A stretch of DNA of 32,830 bases. It comes from a candidate division FCPU426 bacterium (GTDB lineage Bacteria > Oederibacteriota > Muellerivitia > Muellerivitales > Muellerivitaceae). The DNA lies in contig CAWHOE010000024.1 in the NCBI GenBank assembly GCA_963830915.1, positions 1-32,830 of the forward strand, written 5' to 3'. Position numbers and translations under genes: made by a program. How positions within the stretch are numbered: position 1 is the first letter of the stretch; the number at the start of each line of letters is the position of its first letter. This document shows, piece by piece, positions 21,112 to 30,003 of the stretch. Below the pieces are notes generated by a model. It made no database searches and had not been told where the DNA came from. It saw only the letters and a list, made by a program, of their open reading frames with translations.

Positions 21112-22557
21112 ATGGGAAAACCAACAGGGTTCATGGAAGCGGGAAGGGAAATTCCCCACAAACGTCCGGTCCAGGAGCGGGTCAAGGATTGGAAAGAATA
21201 CACCCTCCCCGCCGAAGCCGCCCATTTGAAGACCCAGGCCGCCCGCTGCATGGACTGCGGGGTTCCTTATTGCCACCAAGGATGCCCTTTGGGCAATATC
21301 ATTCCCGATTGGAACGACCTGGTCTATCGGGACCGTTGGAAAGAAGCCATTGAGCGTCTCCACGCCACGAATAACTTCCCTGATTTCACCGGCCGTCTTT
21401 GCCCGGCTCCCTGCGAGGATTCCTGCACCCTGGGACTGGACGTCTACAAACAACCGGTCACCATCAAGCAGATCGAGGTTTCTATCATCGACCACGCCTG
21501 GGCCGAAGGCTGGATCAAACCCTTGCCTCCCCAAAAACTGACCGGCAAGAAAGTGGCTGTGGTCGGTTCGGGTCCGGCGGGATTGGCCGCGGCCCAACAA
21601 TTGGCCCGGGTGGGCCATCAGGTGACCGTATTCGAAAGGGACGACAGGATCGGGGGGCTTTTACGTTACGGTATCCCGGAATTCAAGATGGAAAAGCGGC
21701 ACCTGGACAGGCGCATCGAGCAAATGAAGGCCGAGGGTGTGGAGTTCAAGGTGAACGCCAATATCGGCCACAATGTCCCGATCGAGGAATTGAGAACAAA
21801 ATTCGACGCCATTGTCCTGGCCGCAGGCGCGACCCAACCCCGCAACCTGGAAGTCCCGGGAAGGGAACTCAAGGGTGTTTATTTCGCCATGGAATACCTG
21901 AGCCAATCCAACCGAATTCAACAAGGCGATAAAGTCACGGATCAAATATCCGCCAAAGACAAGAATGTGGTGGTGCTGGGTGGCGGCGACACAGGGGCCG
22001 ATTGCATCGGCACCGCGGTCCGCCAGGGAGCCAAGAGCATCACTTCCTTCGAACTTCTGGCACAGCCACCGAGCGAAAGACCAGCGGATAACCCCTGGCC
22101 CCAATGGGCGAGGATCTTCCGGACGGCTCCGGCCCACGAAGAGGGCGGGGAACGTATTTTCAGTGTCCTGACCAAGAAATTGACGGGAGAGAATGGTCTG
22201 GTCAAAAAGCTGCACGCTGTCAAACTGGAGTGGATCGCCCAACCGGGAGCTCCCCCGAAGTTCCAGGAGATCCCCGGGAGTGAATTCACCATCGACGCCG
22301 ATCTGGTATTCCTGGCCATGGGCTTCCTGGGGCCTGAAAAGAACCCTTTGTTCGAAAAACTGGGTCTGGAATTGGATCAACGGGGCAATGTGAAAGCCAA
22401 CGCCAATAAGATGACCAATGTGCCGGGAATATTCACCGCCGGGGACATGACCCGGGGCCAATCCTTGATCGTCTGGGCCATCGCCGAGGGCCGGGCAGCC
22501 GCCAAAGGCGTGGATCTTTACTTGATGGGCGAGACATCCCTTCCCAGCCCCATTTAA
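21112..22557 (+). CDS. gltD: Glutamate synthase small subunit
   Basis: Motifs [17 protein letters not shown]...[26 protein letters not shown] and [13 protein letters not shown]. Confidence 0.97.
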   Translation: MGKPTGFMEAGREIPHKRPVQERVKDWKEYTLPAEAAHLKTQAARCMDCGVPYCHQGCPLGNIIPDWNDLVYRDRWKEAIERLHATNNFPDFTGRLCPAPCEDSCTLGLDVYKQPVTIKQIEVSIIDHAWAEGWIKPLPPQKLTGKKVAVVGSGPAGLAAAQQLARVGHQVTVFERDDRIGGLLRYGIPEFKMEKRHLDRRIEQMKAEGVEFKVNANIGHNVPIEELRTKFDAIVLAAGATQPRNLEVPGRELKGVYFAMEYLSQSNRIQQGDKVTDQISAKDKNVVVLGGGDTGADCIGTAVRQGAKSITSFELLAQPPSERPADNPWPQWARIFRTAPAHEEGGERIFSVLTKKLTGENGLVKKLHAVKLEWIAQPGAPPKFQEIPGSEFTIDADLVFLAMGFLGPEKNPLFEKLGLELDQRGNVKANANKMTNVPGIFTAGDMTRGQSLIVWAIAEGRAAAKGVDLYLMGETSLPSPI

Positions 22558-22784
22558 TGGTTTTAAACAGCGTCCGTATCCGGTCCAATGATGGTGGGCG
22601 GTGGTTTGATACTAACCCGGACAAACCGGGACGAAGCAGGACAATGTTCTTGGGGTTGATGGGTAAAACCGGGGTAATTTCGCCCGGTCCCTTAGGTCTG
22701 GAAATTTTCATCTTATATAAAATTTCACGACTAAGGGACTAGGGTACACTAAGGTCCAATAACATCGTCAGGATGGTCACGTAA

Positions 22785-25211
22785 ATGGGCCTAGGAACCA
22801 CTAAAAATCTTACCCCTGGGATTTTCCTGGCCCTTCTTTTTTCCCTTCATTCCTCCCTTTGCTCCGGTCAAACCCTCCCCTTGACCATTGATGAGACCCT
22901 CATTCCCATGCGGGTCGATGGACATCTGGTGGAGTGGCCCGCGGCCAGGATGATCCTTCTAGACAAAAAGTCCCAGGTAACCTATGGAAAAGCCTATTGG
23001 AAAGGAGCGGATGATTTTAGCGGAAGGGTTTTCCTGACCTATGACGCCGATGATCTCTATATCTCGGTGATCGTCACCAAGACTACCCCTCCGGTCAATG
23101 AAGGGAGTGGTCTTTCCCTTTGGAACGGTGATTGTCTTGAACTGTTCCTTTCCGTTGATCCGGACCCCAAGTCGCGTCAAAAGATCGGAAAGGACGACTA
23201 CCATATCGGGTTCTCGCCCGGGACTAAATGCAAATACCCGCGTATGTATTGTTTCAATAAGGATCGGGAGATCGTGGGGGGCAGGATCGCGGCCAGGATG
23301 ACCATGAAAGGCTATCTTCTGGAGGCTTCCATCCCTTGGGATTTTTTCAAAGGGGTCCAATTATTCCAGGGGCAAAAGGCGGCGCTTAACGTCGTCCTGG
23401 ATGAAGGCGGGAATGTCAGCGGGAACCGGATCGTCCAGTTGGATTACATCGGGAACCCGGAGAGTTGGGAAAATCCCTCGACTTGGACCGAAATCCAATG
23501 GGTCGGCAAAGCCGCTGTCACCATCGCCAGTGGTGAGGGGGAAGACTTGAACTCCGAACTGGTCAAGGATGGAACCTTTCAGGCCACATTCCTTGGACAC
23601 CGTCCTTTGAAGGGTGTGGTCGTGGATCAAGAAGGTAAACCCCTTTCAGGCGCCAAGGTCACTACCTGGCCCAGGTCCATCGAGGTTGTCACCGACCTCC
23701 AGGGCGTATTTCTATTCCCCAAGGTCAAGCTTTTCGATCGTTCGCTCATCTGCGCCAGGAAAGACGGCTATGCCTCCTCTTTGAGCCCATTGGTCAACAA
23801 GAATGTTCCGGTAACCGTGGTCTTGGGCGCTTTGCCAGCTGAATTGGATACCGCCGATCATCAGGTGAGCCGCTGTTTCTATGGCGAGAACATCCTCGTT
23901 CCTGAAAAGGGAGGGCTGGATCAAGCGCTCACTCAAACCCTTGATTGGGTCAAACCCATGGGGTTCAATATTCTTCGACTCATCGGTTTGGATGCCACAC
24001 CGGAACAAGCCGACAAGGCCCGGGAAAATATCGATCGTTTCATCGCCTATTGCCGTGAAGTGGGGGCCGAGCCTGTGGTGACAGTTCCGATCGATCGGGA
24101 GAGACCGGAGAGCGCGGGGGATTGGGTCAAGTACTGCAATGTCGAAAAGGGTTATAAGATCCGTTTTTGGTCCGTGGGGGATGAGCCGGACAAACTGGCC
24201 GATCGGGACCCTCTCTTCGCGGATTACAACGCCTACGACTACATCAATGATTTCCGGGCTGAATACAACGCGATGAAAAGGGTCGACCCCTCCATCCTCA
24301 TCATGGGTCCGGACCTGGCCTGGAAATACGCCCACGGGGAGGATGACTGGTTGACGCCTTTCCTGCAATATGACGGCGATATCGTCAATATGATCTCCCT
24401 TCATCGTTACGCCGCCCTCACCCCCGCCCTGGCCTCAGCCATCAAGGTCAAGGAAGGCCTTCGGAATGAGACGACCCTCCTGAGGGGCCTCCGGGACAAG
24501 GTCTTAGGCAATACGGATGTCTCCATACCATTGCTCATGACCGGGGGCAATGTCTGCGCTCAGGATGTCACGGGGATCCAAGTCCTGGAGAAAACTAAAT
24601 CCGCGCCCGCGACTGGCGCCTCTTTCATGGCGCCCAATGATCCCGTGACCGACCTGGTCTTTCCCGCGTCAGGGACCGCCAAGGCGGTCACGATCAAAAA
24701 GGAGGATGTGGCCAGTCCTCAAGGTATTTGGTCCGCGCTTTGGATGGCCGAGGAACTTGGGTTGATGGCCAAAGAGGACATGGGAATGGGTCTGTTTTCC
24801 AACCTTTTAGGAAGCGGGGCGCTGGACTCGATCTCCAATTCCATCCCCCGGCCGGCCTATTGGGCCCTCAGGATGTTCGCCGAGCATTTTCATGGGAAGG
24901 TCATCCCGGCTCAGACCCAGTTCCCGGATCTTTCGGTTTTCGCCTGTCAGGACCCGAAAACGAGGGAGGTGGTCTTGATGACCATCAACACGGGGGACCG
25001 TTATTGCCATCCCCGGATATCCTTGAATGGAAAAGATACGGATATCGTGGTGGACGCCGGATTGGACATCCAAACGGATTTTGAGATGCCCTATTTCAGC
25101 GTGGTTTGCCTGACCCTGAAGGCCGACCATTCCCCGGGCGAAGCGACCACCTATTTTTCCAAATTGGCCATGAAGGGCAAAGAACCCATGAAGGCGGTAT
25201 TCAAACCATGA
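22785..25211 (+). CDS. Secreted multidomain protein: CBM9/DOMON-like sugar-binding domain + carboxypeptidase-regulatory-like domain + clan GH-A (GH44/GH51/GH39-like) barrel
   Basis: It starts with a signal peptide. CBM9-like motifs: VDGHLVEW...YDADDLYI...WNGDCLELF...YLLEASIPW. Beta-sandwich: LKGVVVDQEGKPLSGAKV. GH-A-like motifs: WVKYCN...FWSVGDEPD, AMKRVDPSILIMGP, ISLHRY, PRPAYWAL. Confidence 0.72.
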   Translation: MGLGTTKNLTPGIFLALLFSLHSSLCSGQTLPLTIDETLIPMRVDGHLVEWPAARMILLDKKSQVTYGKAYWKGADDFSGRVFLTYDADDLYISVIVTKTTPPVNEGSGLSLWNGDCLELFLSVDPDPKSRQKIGKDDYHIGFSPGTKCKYPRMYCFNKDREIVGGRIAARMTMKGYLLEASIPWDFFKGVQLFQGQKAALNVVLDEGGNVSGNRIVQLDYIGNPESWENPSTWTEIQWVGKAAVTIASGEGEDLNSELVKDGTFQATFLGHRPLKGVVVDQEGKPLSGAKVTTWPRSIEVVTDLQGVFLFPKVKLFDRSLICARKDGYASSLSPLVNKNVPVTVVLGALPAELDTADHQVSRCFYGENILVPEKGGLDQALTQTLDWVKPMGFNILRLIGLDATPEQADKARENIDRFIAYCREVGAEPVVTVPIDRERPESAGDWVKYCNVEKGYKIRFWSVGDEPDKLADRDPLFADYNAYDYINDFRAEYNAMKRVDPSILIMGPDLAWKYAHGEDDWLTPFLQYDGDIVNMISLHRYAALTPALASAIKVKEGLRNETTLLRGLRDKVLGNTDVSIPLLMTGGNVCAQDVTGIQVLEKTKSAPATGASFMAPNDPVTDLVFPASGTAKAVTIKKEDVASPQGIWSALWMAEELGLMAKEDMGMGLFSNLLGSGALDSISNSIPRPAYWALRMFAEHFHGKVIPAQTQFPDLSVFACQDPKTREVVLMTINTGDRYCHPRISLNGKDTDIVVDAGLDIQTDFEMPYFSVVCLTLKADHSPGEATTYFSKLAMKGKEPMKAVFKP

Positions 25212-26221
25212 TCTCCCCAACCCTTCAACCACGATCGATGAAGAGCCTATGGATCAATTCGGTCGATTCGCTGGTCCTTTGCTACCAGGGTATCCTTTGT
25301 ATCCTCATCCTGATGGGGAACATGCCCCAGGATCAAAAGATGACCTTGATCGGTTATCACGCCGCTTTTTCCCTTTTGTTGATCCTGGGTCTTTGGATGG
25401 TCCGGGATAATACCCATCCTGTCGTGCGGTTCTTCAGGGAGACTTATTTGTTGGTATTCATTCTGTATTTTTACAAAGAGATCGGGGGTTTGGTACATCT
25501 TTACAACGATTGGACGATGGATGAGTGGTTGGTGGGAGTGGACAACGCTCTGGGCCGGATCGGGACCTCGGTCTGGAATCTCCAGCAGTTTTACCCGCCT
25601 TCCCCCTGGCTCAATGAGTTCTTCAGCATCGGTTATGGGTTCTTCTTCGTTCTTATCCCCCTTTCAGCCCTGGTGCTTTATTTCCGCGCCCCGCGGGAGA
25701 AGTTCAGGGGTTTTCTTTTCACCCTGGGGTTCACCTATTTCCTCTGCTACATCACTTTCATTTTTCTCCCGGCCGAAAGTCCCCGCTTTTACATGCCCGG
25801 ATTGAGAGAATCACTCCAGGGCTATTGGTTCGCCCATTGGCTACAAACGGCCGTGGAAAAGAACGCCTTTCCGGGGGGGTCTTTCCCCAGCTCCCATATC
25901 GCGGCCTCGGTCATTACCTTCATGTGTTATCCCTATTTGAAAAAATGGCGTATTCCCGTGCTCTTTTTGACCATCGCGATGTTTGCGGGAACCATCTATG
26001 GCAGGTATCATTATTTCGTTGATGTGGTGGCGGGTTTGGCGGTAGGGTTGGTTTGTTATCATCTTGGTCCCTGGCTTGAGAAAAAGTGGCCTTTCATCTT
26101 TTCGGAAGAGGGTATGGTCCGTGAGCGAACAAGACAAACACTTAACCGAGGCGGAAAAACAGATCCAAAAGCTCGAGGCTTTACGGATGCAGAAGGAAAA
26201 GGAATCCAAGACCTCGGCTGA
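25208..26221 (+). CDS. PAP2-superfamily membrane protein, Aur1/IPC-synthase-like subgroup
   Basis: The ATG overlaps the upstream stop (ATGA). Motifs LPAESPRF, SFPSSH and TIYGRYHYFVDVVAG, with multiple TM segments. Confidence 0.85.
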   Translation: MISPTLQPRSMKSLWINSVDSLVLCYQGILCILILMGNMPQDQKMTLIGYHAAFSLLLILGLWMVRDNTHPVVRFFRETYLLVFILYFYKEIGGLVHLYNDWTMDEWLVGVDNALGRIGTSVWNLQQFYPPSPWLNEFFSIGYGFFFVLIPLSALVLYFRAPREKFRGFLFTLGFTYFLCYITFIFLPAESPRFYMPGLRESLQGYWFAHWLQTAVEKNAFPGGSFPSSHIAASVITFMCYPYLKKWRIPVLFLTIAMFAGTIYGRYHYFVDVVAGLAVGLVCYHLGPWLEKKWPFIFSEEGMVRERTRQTLNRGGKTDPKARGFTDAEGKGIQDLG

Positions 26222-26534
26222 GAAGATCTACTACCCTGAAAGAACCCAGGCCGAGCGGTCCATGGACCGGCTCCAAGCTATGCGGAAACAGGCCGACAAG
26301 AAGACCGGTTCCAGTCGCCGCGCAAAGGTTGAGGGCAAGCAAAAGAGTTCCAAACTAACCTTTATCCAATTGAAGGCCCTGGAGCAATTGGCCGCCAAGG
26401 ACGAACGCCTCAAGGGAAGCCAGGTGGTCCGCATCGCCTTGAACCGGATGCTGGGCCTGGAAAACTCCGCCGAAGAGAACGAGTTGGAATCCCGCATCCA
26501 AGAGATCCTCAGGCAGATCAAAAGCCAGTCTTGA
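26121..26534 (+). CDS. Hypothetical charged protein with possible C-terminal ribbon-helix-helix
   Basis: The GTG start follows GAAGAGGG and codon usage is host-like. The N-terminus looks coiled-coil. KSSKLTFIQLKALEQLAAKDERLKGSQVVRIALNRML resembles the CopG/RHH pattern. Confidence 0.65.
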   Translation: MSEQDKHLTEAEKQIQKLEALRMQKEKESKTSAEKIYYPERTQAERSMDRLQAMRKQADKKTGSSRRAKVEGKQKSSKLTFIQLKALEQLAAKDERLKGSQVVRIALNRMLGLENSAEENELESRIQEILRQIKSQS

Positions 26535-26582
26535 AATCCTTCCGCTTTTAAATCAAGATTTAGACCTGATTTCAAAATAATG

Positions 26583-26669
26583 CTTTCACCACAGAGGCAC
26601 GGCTTTACTTTGTTTTTAATTCAAATTTTTTAAATATTTAGCAGTGTCTCCGTGTCTCTGTGGTTAAAG
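26583..26669. repeat. Inverted repeat (15-bp core, ~20 bp imperfect) around an AT-rich spacer
   Basis: ACCACAGAGGCACGG (26588-26602) pairs with CCGTGTCTCTGTGGT (26650-26664), with one G:T pair, across a 47-nt AT-rich spacer. Confidence 0.8.
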
Positions 26670-26707
26670 ATGTTTGCTTGGTTCTAATTCGAAAACGAGG
26701 TATTTTG

Positions 26708-26908
26708 TTGAAATTGTTCGTTAATGGGGAGCCAAAGGAACTTGAGAGCGGCCTTTCCTTGGAGGGTTTGATCCTCCACCTGGGGATCAAGAAAGAAGCC
26801 GTGGTCGCCGAGGTCAACCGGGAGATCATCCAACCTGATAAACGCGCGGGCCTTTCTCTTCAAGAGGGGGACCAGATAGAACTCATTCAATTCGTGGGCG
26901 GGGGCTGA
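26708..26908 (+). CDS. thiS: Sulfur carrier protein ThiS
   Basis: Motifs VNGE, VVAEVNREII and the C-terminal IELIQFVGGG. The TTG start follows GAGG. Confidence 0.93.
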   Translation: MKLFVNGEPKELESGLSLEGLILHLGIKKEAVVAEVNREIIQPDKRAGLSLQEGDQIELIQFVGGG

Positions 26909-26959
26909 TCGGACCGCTTCCAAGCTTTTCTTCGTGAAAATGATAAAAAGGGGTGGGCG

Positions 26960-27754
26960 ATGGGGGAGACACTGGAGCAATTGGTCCAAAAGGACCCGTG
27001 GCAGATCAACGGCAAGACATTCACGTCCCGCCTTCTGGTGGGAACGGGCAAATATCCCACCAACGAATTGATGGCCCAATGCCTGGAAGCCTCGGGCACC
27101 CAGATCGTCACGGTCGCCCTCCGGCGCATTCCGTTGGATAAAAAAGGCGAGAAGAACCTGTTGGATTTCATCGACCTGAAAAAGGTCACCCTCCTTCCCA
27201 ATACGGCGGGATGTTTCAACGCCGAGGAAGCCATCCGGGTCGCCCATCTTTCCCGCGCCTCCGGTATCTCCGACTTCATCAAGCTGGAAGTCCTTTTTGA
27301 CGAGCAGACCCTCCTGCCCGACCCGCTCGCCACCCTGGAAGCCACCAAGATCCTGGTGAAGGAAGGTTTCACGGTCATGTGCTACACCTCCGATGACCCG
27401 GTCATGGCCCAGAAGCTCGAACAAGCGGGGGCTCACGCGGTCATGCCGGCGGGTTCTCCCATCGGTTCGGGACAGGGGGTGCTCAACCCCAATAACATCC
27501 GCATCATCCTGGAAAAGGTGAAGTGCCCGGTATTGGTCGACGCGGGCGTCGGCTCCGCTTCCGACGTGGCGGTCGCCATGGAACTGGGAGTGGTGGCGGT
27601 CCTGTTGAACACGGCCATTGCCCACGCCAAGGATCCCTTACGGATGGCTTACGCCATGAAGAACGCCACTGAGGCGGGAAGGCTTTCCTACCTGGCGGGA
27701 CGTATCCCCAAGAAGCTTTATGCCCAGGCCTCCACGCCGCCCAAGGACTTTTGA
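26960..27754 (+). CDS. thiG: Thiazole synthase
   Basis: Motifs [41 protein letters not shown] and VLLNTAIA. Confidence 0.97.
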   Translation: MGETLEQLVQKDPWQINGKTFTSRLLVGTGKYPTNELMAQCLEASGTQIVTVALRRIPLDKKGEKNLLDFIDLKKVTLLPNTAGCFNAEEAIRVAHLSRASGISDFIKLEVLFDEQTLLPDPLATLEATKILVKEGFTVMCYTSDDPVMAQKLEQAGAHAVMPAGSPIGSGQGVLNPNNIRIILEKVKCPVLVDAGVGSASDVAVAMELGVVAVLLNTAIAHAKDPLRMAYAMKNATEAGRLSYLAGRIPKKLYAQASTPPKDF

Positions 27755-27765
27755 CCAGGAATTCC

Positions 27766-28437
27766 ATGACCACTGACCCTGAACTGAAAGAACGACTCCG
27801 CAAAGCCAGGCTTTACCTGGTCACGGACCAAGAACTATCCGCCAATCATGACACGCCCAAGACGGTCGAGCTGGCCCTGAAGGGCGGGGTGGACATCGTC
27901 CAGCTCCGGGAATACTCATTGAATGATTCCAAGTTATTGGCCATGGCCCGCCAGCTCAAGGCGTTGGCCCGCCAGTACAACGCCCTTTTCATCGTGAACA
28001 ACCGGCCCGATATCGCCCGATTGTCCGACGCTGACGGGCTCCACCTGGGCCAGGATGATATGCCGGTAGCCGAGGCGCGGATGATCCTGGGAGAAGGAAA
28101 ACTCCTGGGTGTTTCGACCCATTCCATGATCGAGGCCAGGAAAGCCGTGGCGGACGGGGCGGACTATATCGGGGTGGGGCCTGTCTATCCCACCCAGACC
28201 AAGAAGAATGTGGGAACTCCCGTCACTTTGGGTTATGTGCGAGAGGTGGCGGCCTCCAATATCGGTGTTCCTTCCTTCGCTATCGGCGGTATCAAGCTGG
28301 AAAATATCGAGGAAGTCCTGAGGGCGGGAGGTTTGAGGGTTGCCATCGTCACGGGTATTGTCGGGGTTCCCGATCCTCAAAAAGCAGCGGCGTGCTTCAA
28401 GGAAATCATCCAAAAATTCCCCATGGATAAGGATTAA
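27766..28437 (+). CDS. thiE: Thiamine-phosphate synthase
   Basis: Motifs LYLVTD, VQLRE, GLHLGQDD, GVSTHS, GPVYPTQTK and FAIGGI. The alternative start is TTG 27751. Confidence 0.95.
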   Translation: MTTDPELKERLRKARLYLVTDQELSANHDTPKTVELALKGGVDIVQLREYSLNDSKLLAMARQLKALARQYNALFIVNNRPDIARLSDADGLHLGQDDMPVAEARMILGEGKLLGVSTHSMIEARKAVADGADYIGVGPVYPTQTKKNVGTPVTLGYVREVAASNIGVPSFAIGGIKLENIEEVLRAGGLRVAIVTGIVGVPDPQKAAACFKEIIQKFPMDKD

Positions 28438-28449
28438 TCCACCCCGCCC

Positions 28450-28478
28450 TTGAGTTAGTCGGACCTTAAACCTATAAT
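28450..28478 (+). promoter_or_regulatory. Sigma-70-type promoter for def-fmt-rsmB
   Basis: TTGAGT-N17-TATAAT. Confidence 0.65.
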
Positions 28479-28521
28479 TTTCTTTGGTCGTTAAAAACAC
28501 ACGTTTAAGAGGTCTTTTGAG

Positions 28522-29049
28522 ATGATCCGCCCCATCGTTCTATATCCCGATCCCCGGCTCAAGATGAAGAGCCAGCCTGTCACCAACTTCGGTCCCGAAT
28601 TGAAACAATTGGCCGAGGATATGACCGCGACCATGAGGGACGCCAACGGGGTAGGTCTGGCTGCCGTCCAGGTGGGTGAATTGATCCGTATGATGGTCAT
28701 GGACGTGAATTACGATAAAGAGGACAAGGGCGAGTCCCTGGGCCTTTGTAACCCCGTGGTCCTCGAGGAAGAGGGCGCCGAGACCCTGGAAGAAGGTTGT
28801 TTATCCATCCCCGACGTCCGTGAGGATGTGGAGCGGTCCTTCAAAGTAAAGGTCAAGGGTCAGTTGCTGGACGGCACCGAACAAACCTTCGAGTTCGAGG
28901 GCTTATTGGCCCGCTGTGTCCTCCATGAGATCGACCACATGAACGGGCAGTTATTCCTTCAGAAGATCCCCGCGGTCAAGCGCATCTTCCTCCAAAAACA
29001 ATTGAACGAATTGAAGAAGAGTTACGAAAAAGACGCTTCCAGGCTGTAA
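28522..29049 (+). CDS. def: Peptide deformylase
   Basis: Motifs GVGLAAVQ, EGCLS and HEIDH. Confidence 0.97.
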   Translation: MIRPIVLYPDPRLKMKSQPVTNFGPELKQLAEDMTATMRDANGVGLAAVQVGELIRMMVMDVNYDKEDKGESLGLCNPVVLEEEGAETLEEGCLSIPDVREDVERSFKVKVKGQLLDGTEQTFEFEGLLARCVLHEIDHMNGQLFLQKIPAVKRIFLQKQLNELKKSYEKDASRL

Positions 29050-29055
29050 GAACCA

Positions 29056-30003
29056 TTGAATACCCCCTTCCGAATCCTTTTCATGGGCACTTCCGACTTC
29101 GCCGTCCCAGCCCTTCAAGCCCTGCGTGATAAAGGCTTTCCCATCGTCCTGGTGGTCACCCAACCGGACCGTCCCGCTGGAAGGGGATTGGAGTTGAAGG
29201 CCTCGCCGGTCAAAAAGCTGGCTCTGGAACTGGGATTGCCTCTCTATCAACCCGAAAAGATCAAGACTCCCGAATCGGTCGAAACCCTCGTGAAAGCCCA
29301 ACCCGATGTCATGGTCGTCGCGGCCTACGGGCAGATCCTTCCCAAATCGGTACTGGAAATCCCGAAAGTGGCTGCCCTCAACATCCACGGTTCCATCCTT
29401 CCCAAATACCGTGGCGCCGCTCCCATCCACTACGCCGTCATGGCGGGCGAAAAGGAGACGGGTGTCACGATCATGTACATGAACGAGAAGATGGATGAGG
29501 GCGACGGCCTGTTGGTCAAGAGAACACCCATCGGGCCGGAGGAAACGACCGGTAATGTCCATGACCGCTTGGCGGTCCTGGGAGCCGAGGGTTTGGTGGA
29601 AGCGCTGGAACTTTTAAGAGACGGAAAGGCCCCTCGAACGCCGCAGGACCACGCCAAGGCGACCTTTTCCCCGAGCATCAAGCGTGAGAAGTGCCTCGTG
29701 AAATGGGACAAGAGTCCCCAGGAGATCGTGAACCAGGTCCGAGGGCTCTCGCCCTGGCCGTTGGCCGAGACCCTTTGGCGGGAACAGAACCTCAAACTTT
29801 ATTCCGCCAAGGTGGATGCCCATCCCGCTGAGGGAAAAAGACCCGGGGAAGTGCTCGAAATAAAAAAGGATGGGATCGTCGTCGCGGGTGGCGGGGGTGC
29901 TATACTCCTGAAAGAAATCCAGCCACCAGGAAAGAAAAAAATGAGCGCGTACGACTTCACGTTGGGCCATAAGGACTTCAAACCCGGCGAAATCCTTTCA
30001 TGA
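29056..30003 (+). CDS. fmt: Methionyl-tRNA formyltransferase
   Basis: Motifs FMGTSDFA, VTQPDRPAGRG, NIHGSILPKYRGAAPI and MDEGD, directly after def. Confidence 0.97.
   Translation: MNTPFRILFMGTSDFAVPALQALRDKGFPIVLVVTQPDRPAGRGLELKASPVKKLALELGLPLYQPEKIKTPESVETLVKAQPDVMVVAAYGQILPKSVLEIPKVAALNIHGSILPKYRGAAPIHYAVMAGEKETGVTIMYMNEKMDEGDGLLVKRTPIGPEETTGNVHDRLAVLGAEGLVEALELLRDGKAPRTPQDHAKATFSPSIKREKCLVKWDKSPQEIVNQVRGLSPWPLAETLWREQNLKLYSAKVDAHPAEGKRPGEVLEIKKDGIVVAGGGGAILLKEIQPPGKKKMSAYDFTLGHKDFKPGEILS

Noticed and set aside
22615..22645. GGACAAACC-GGGACGAAG resembling a c-di-GMP-I riboswitch
   Set aside because: The GNRA-capped stem and the second hairpin are missing.
26560..26590. GACCTGAT...ATAATGC resembling the 3' half of a TPP riboswitch
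   Set aside because: There is no CTGAGA motif, no pairing for the P5 stem and no downstream GCGTAGG-like segment.
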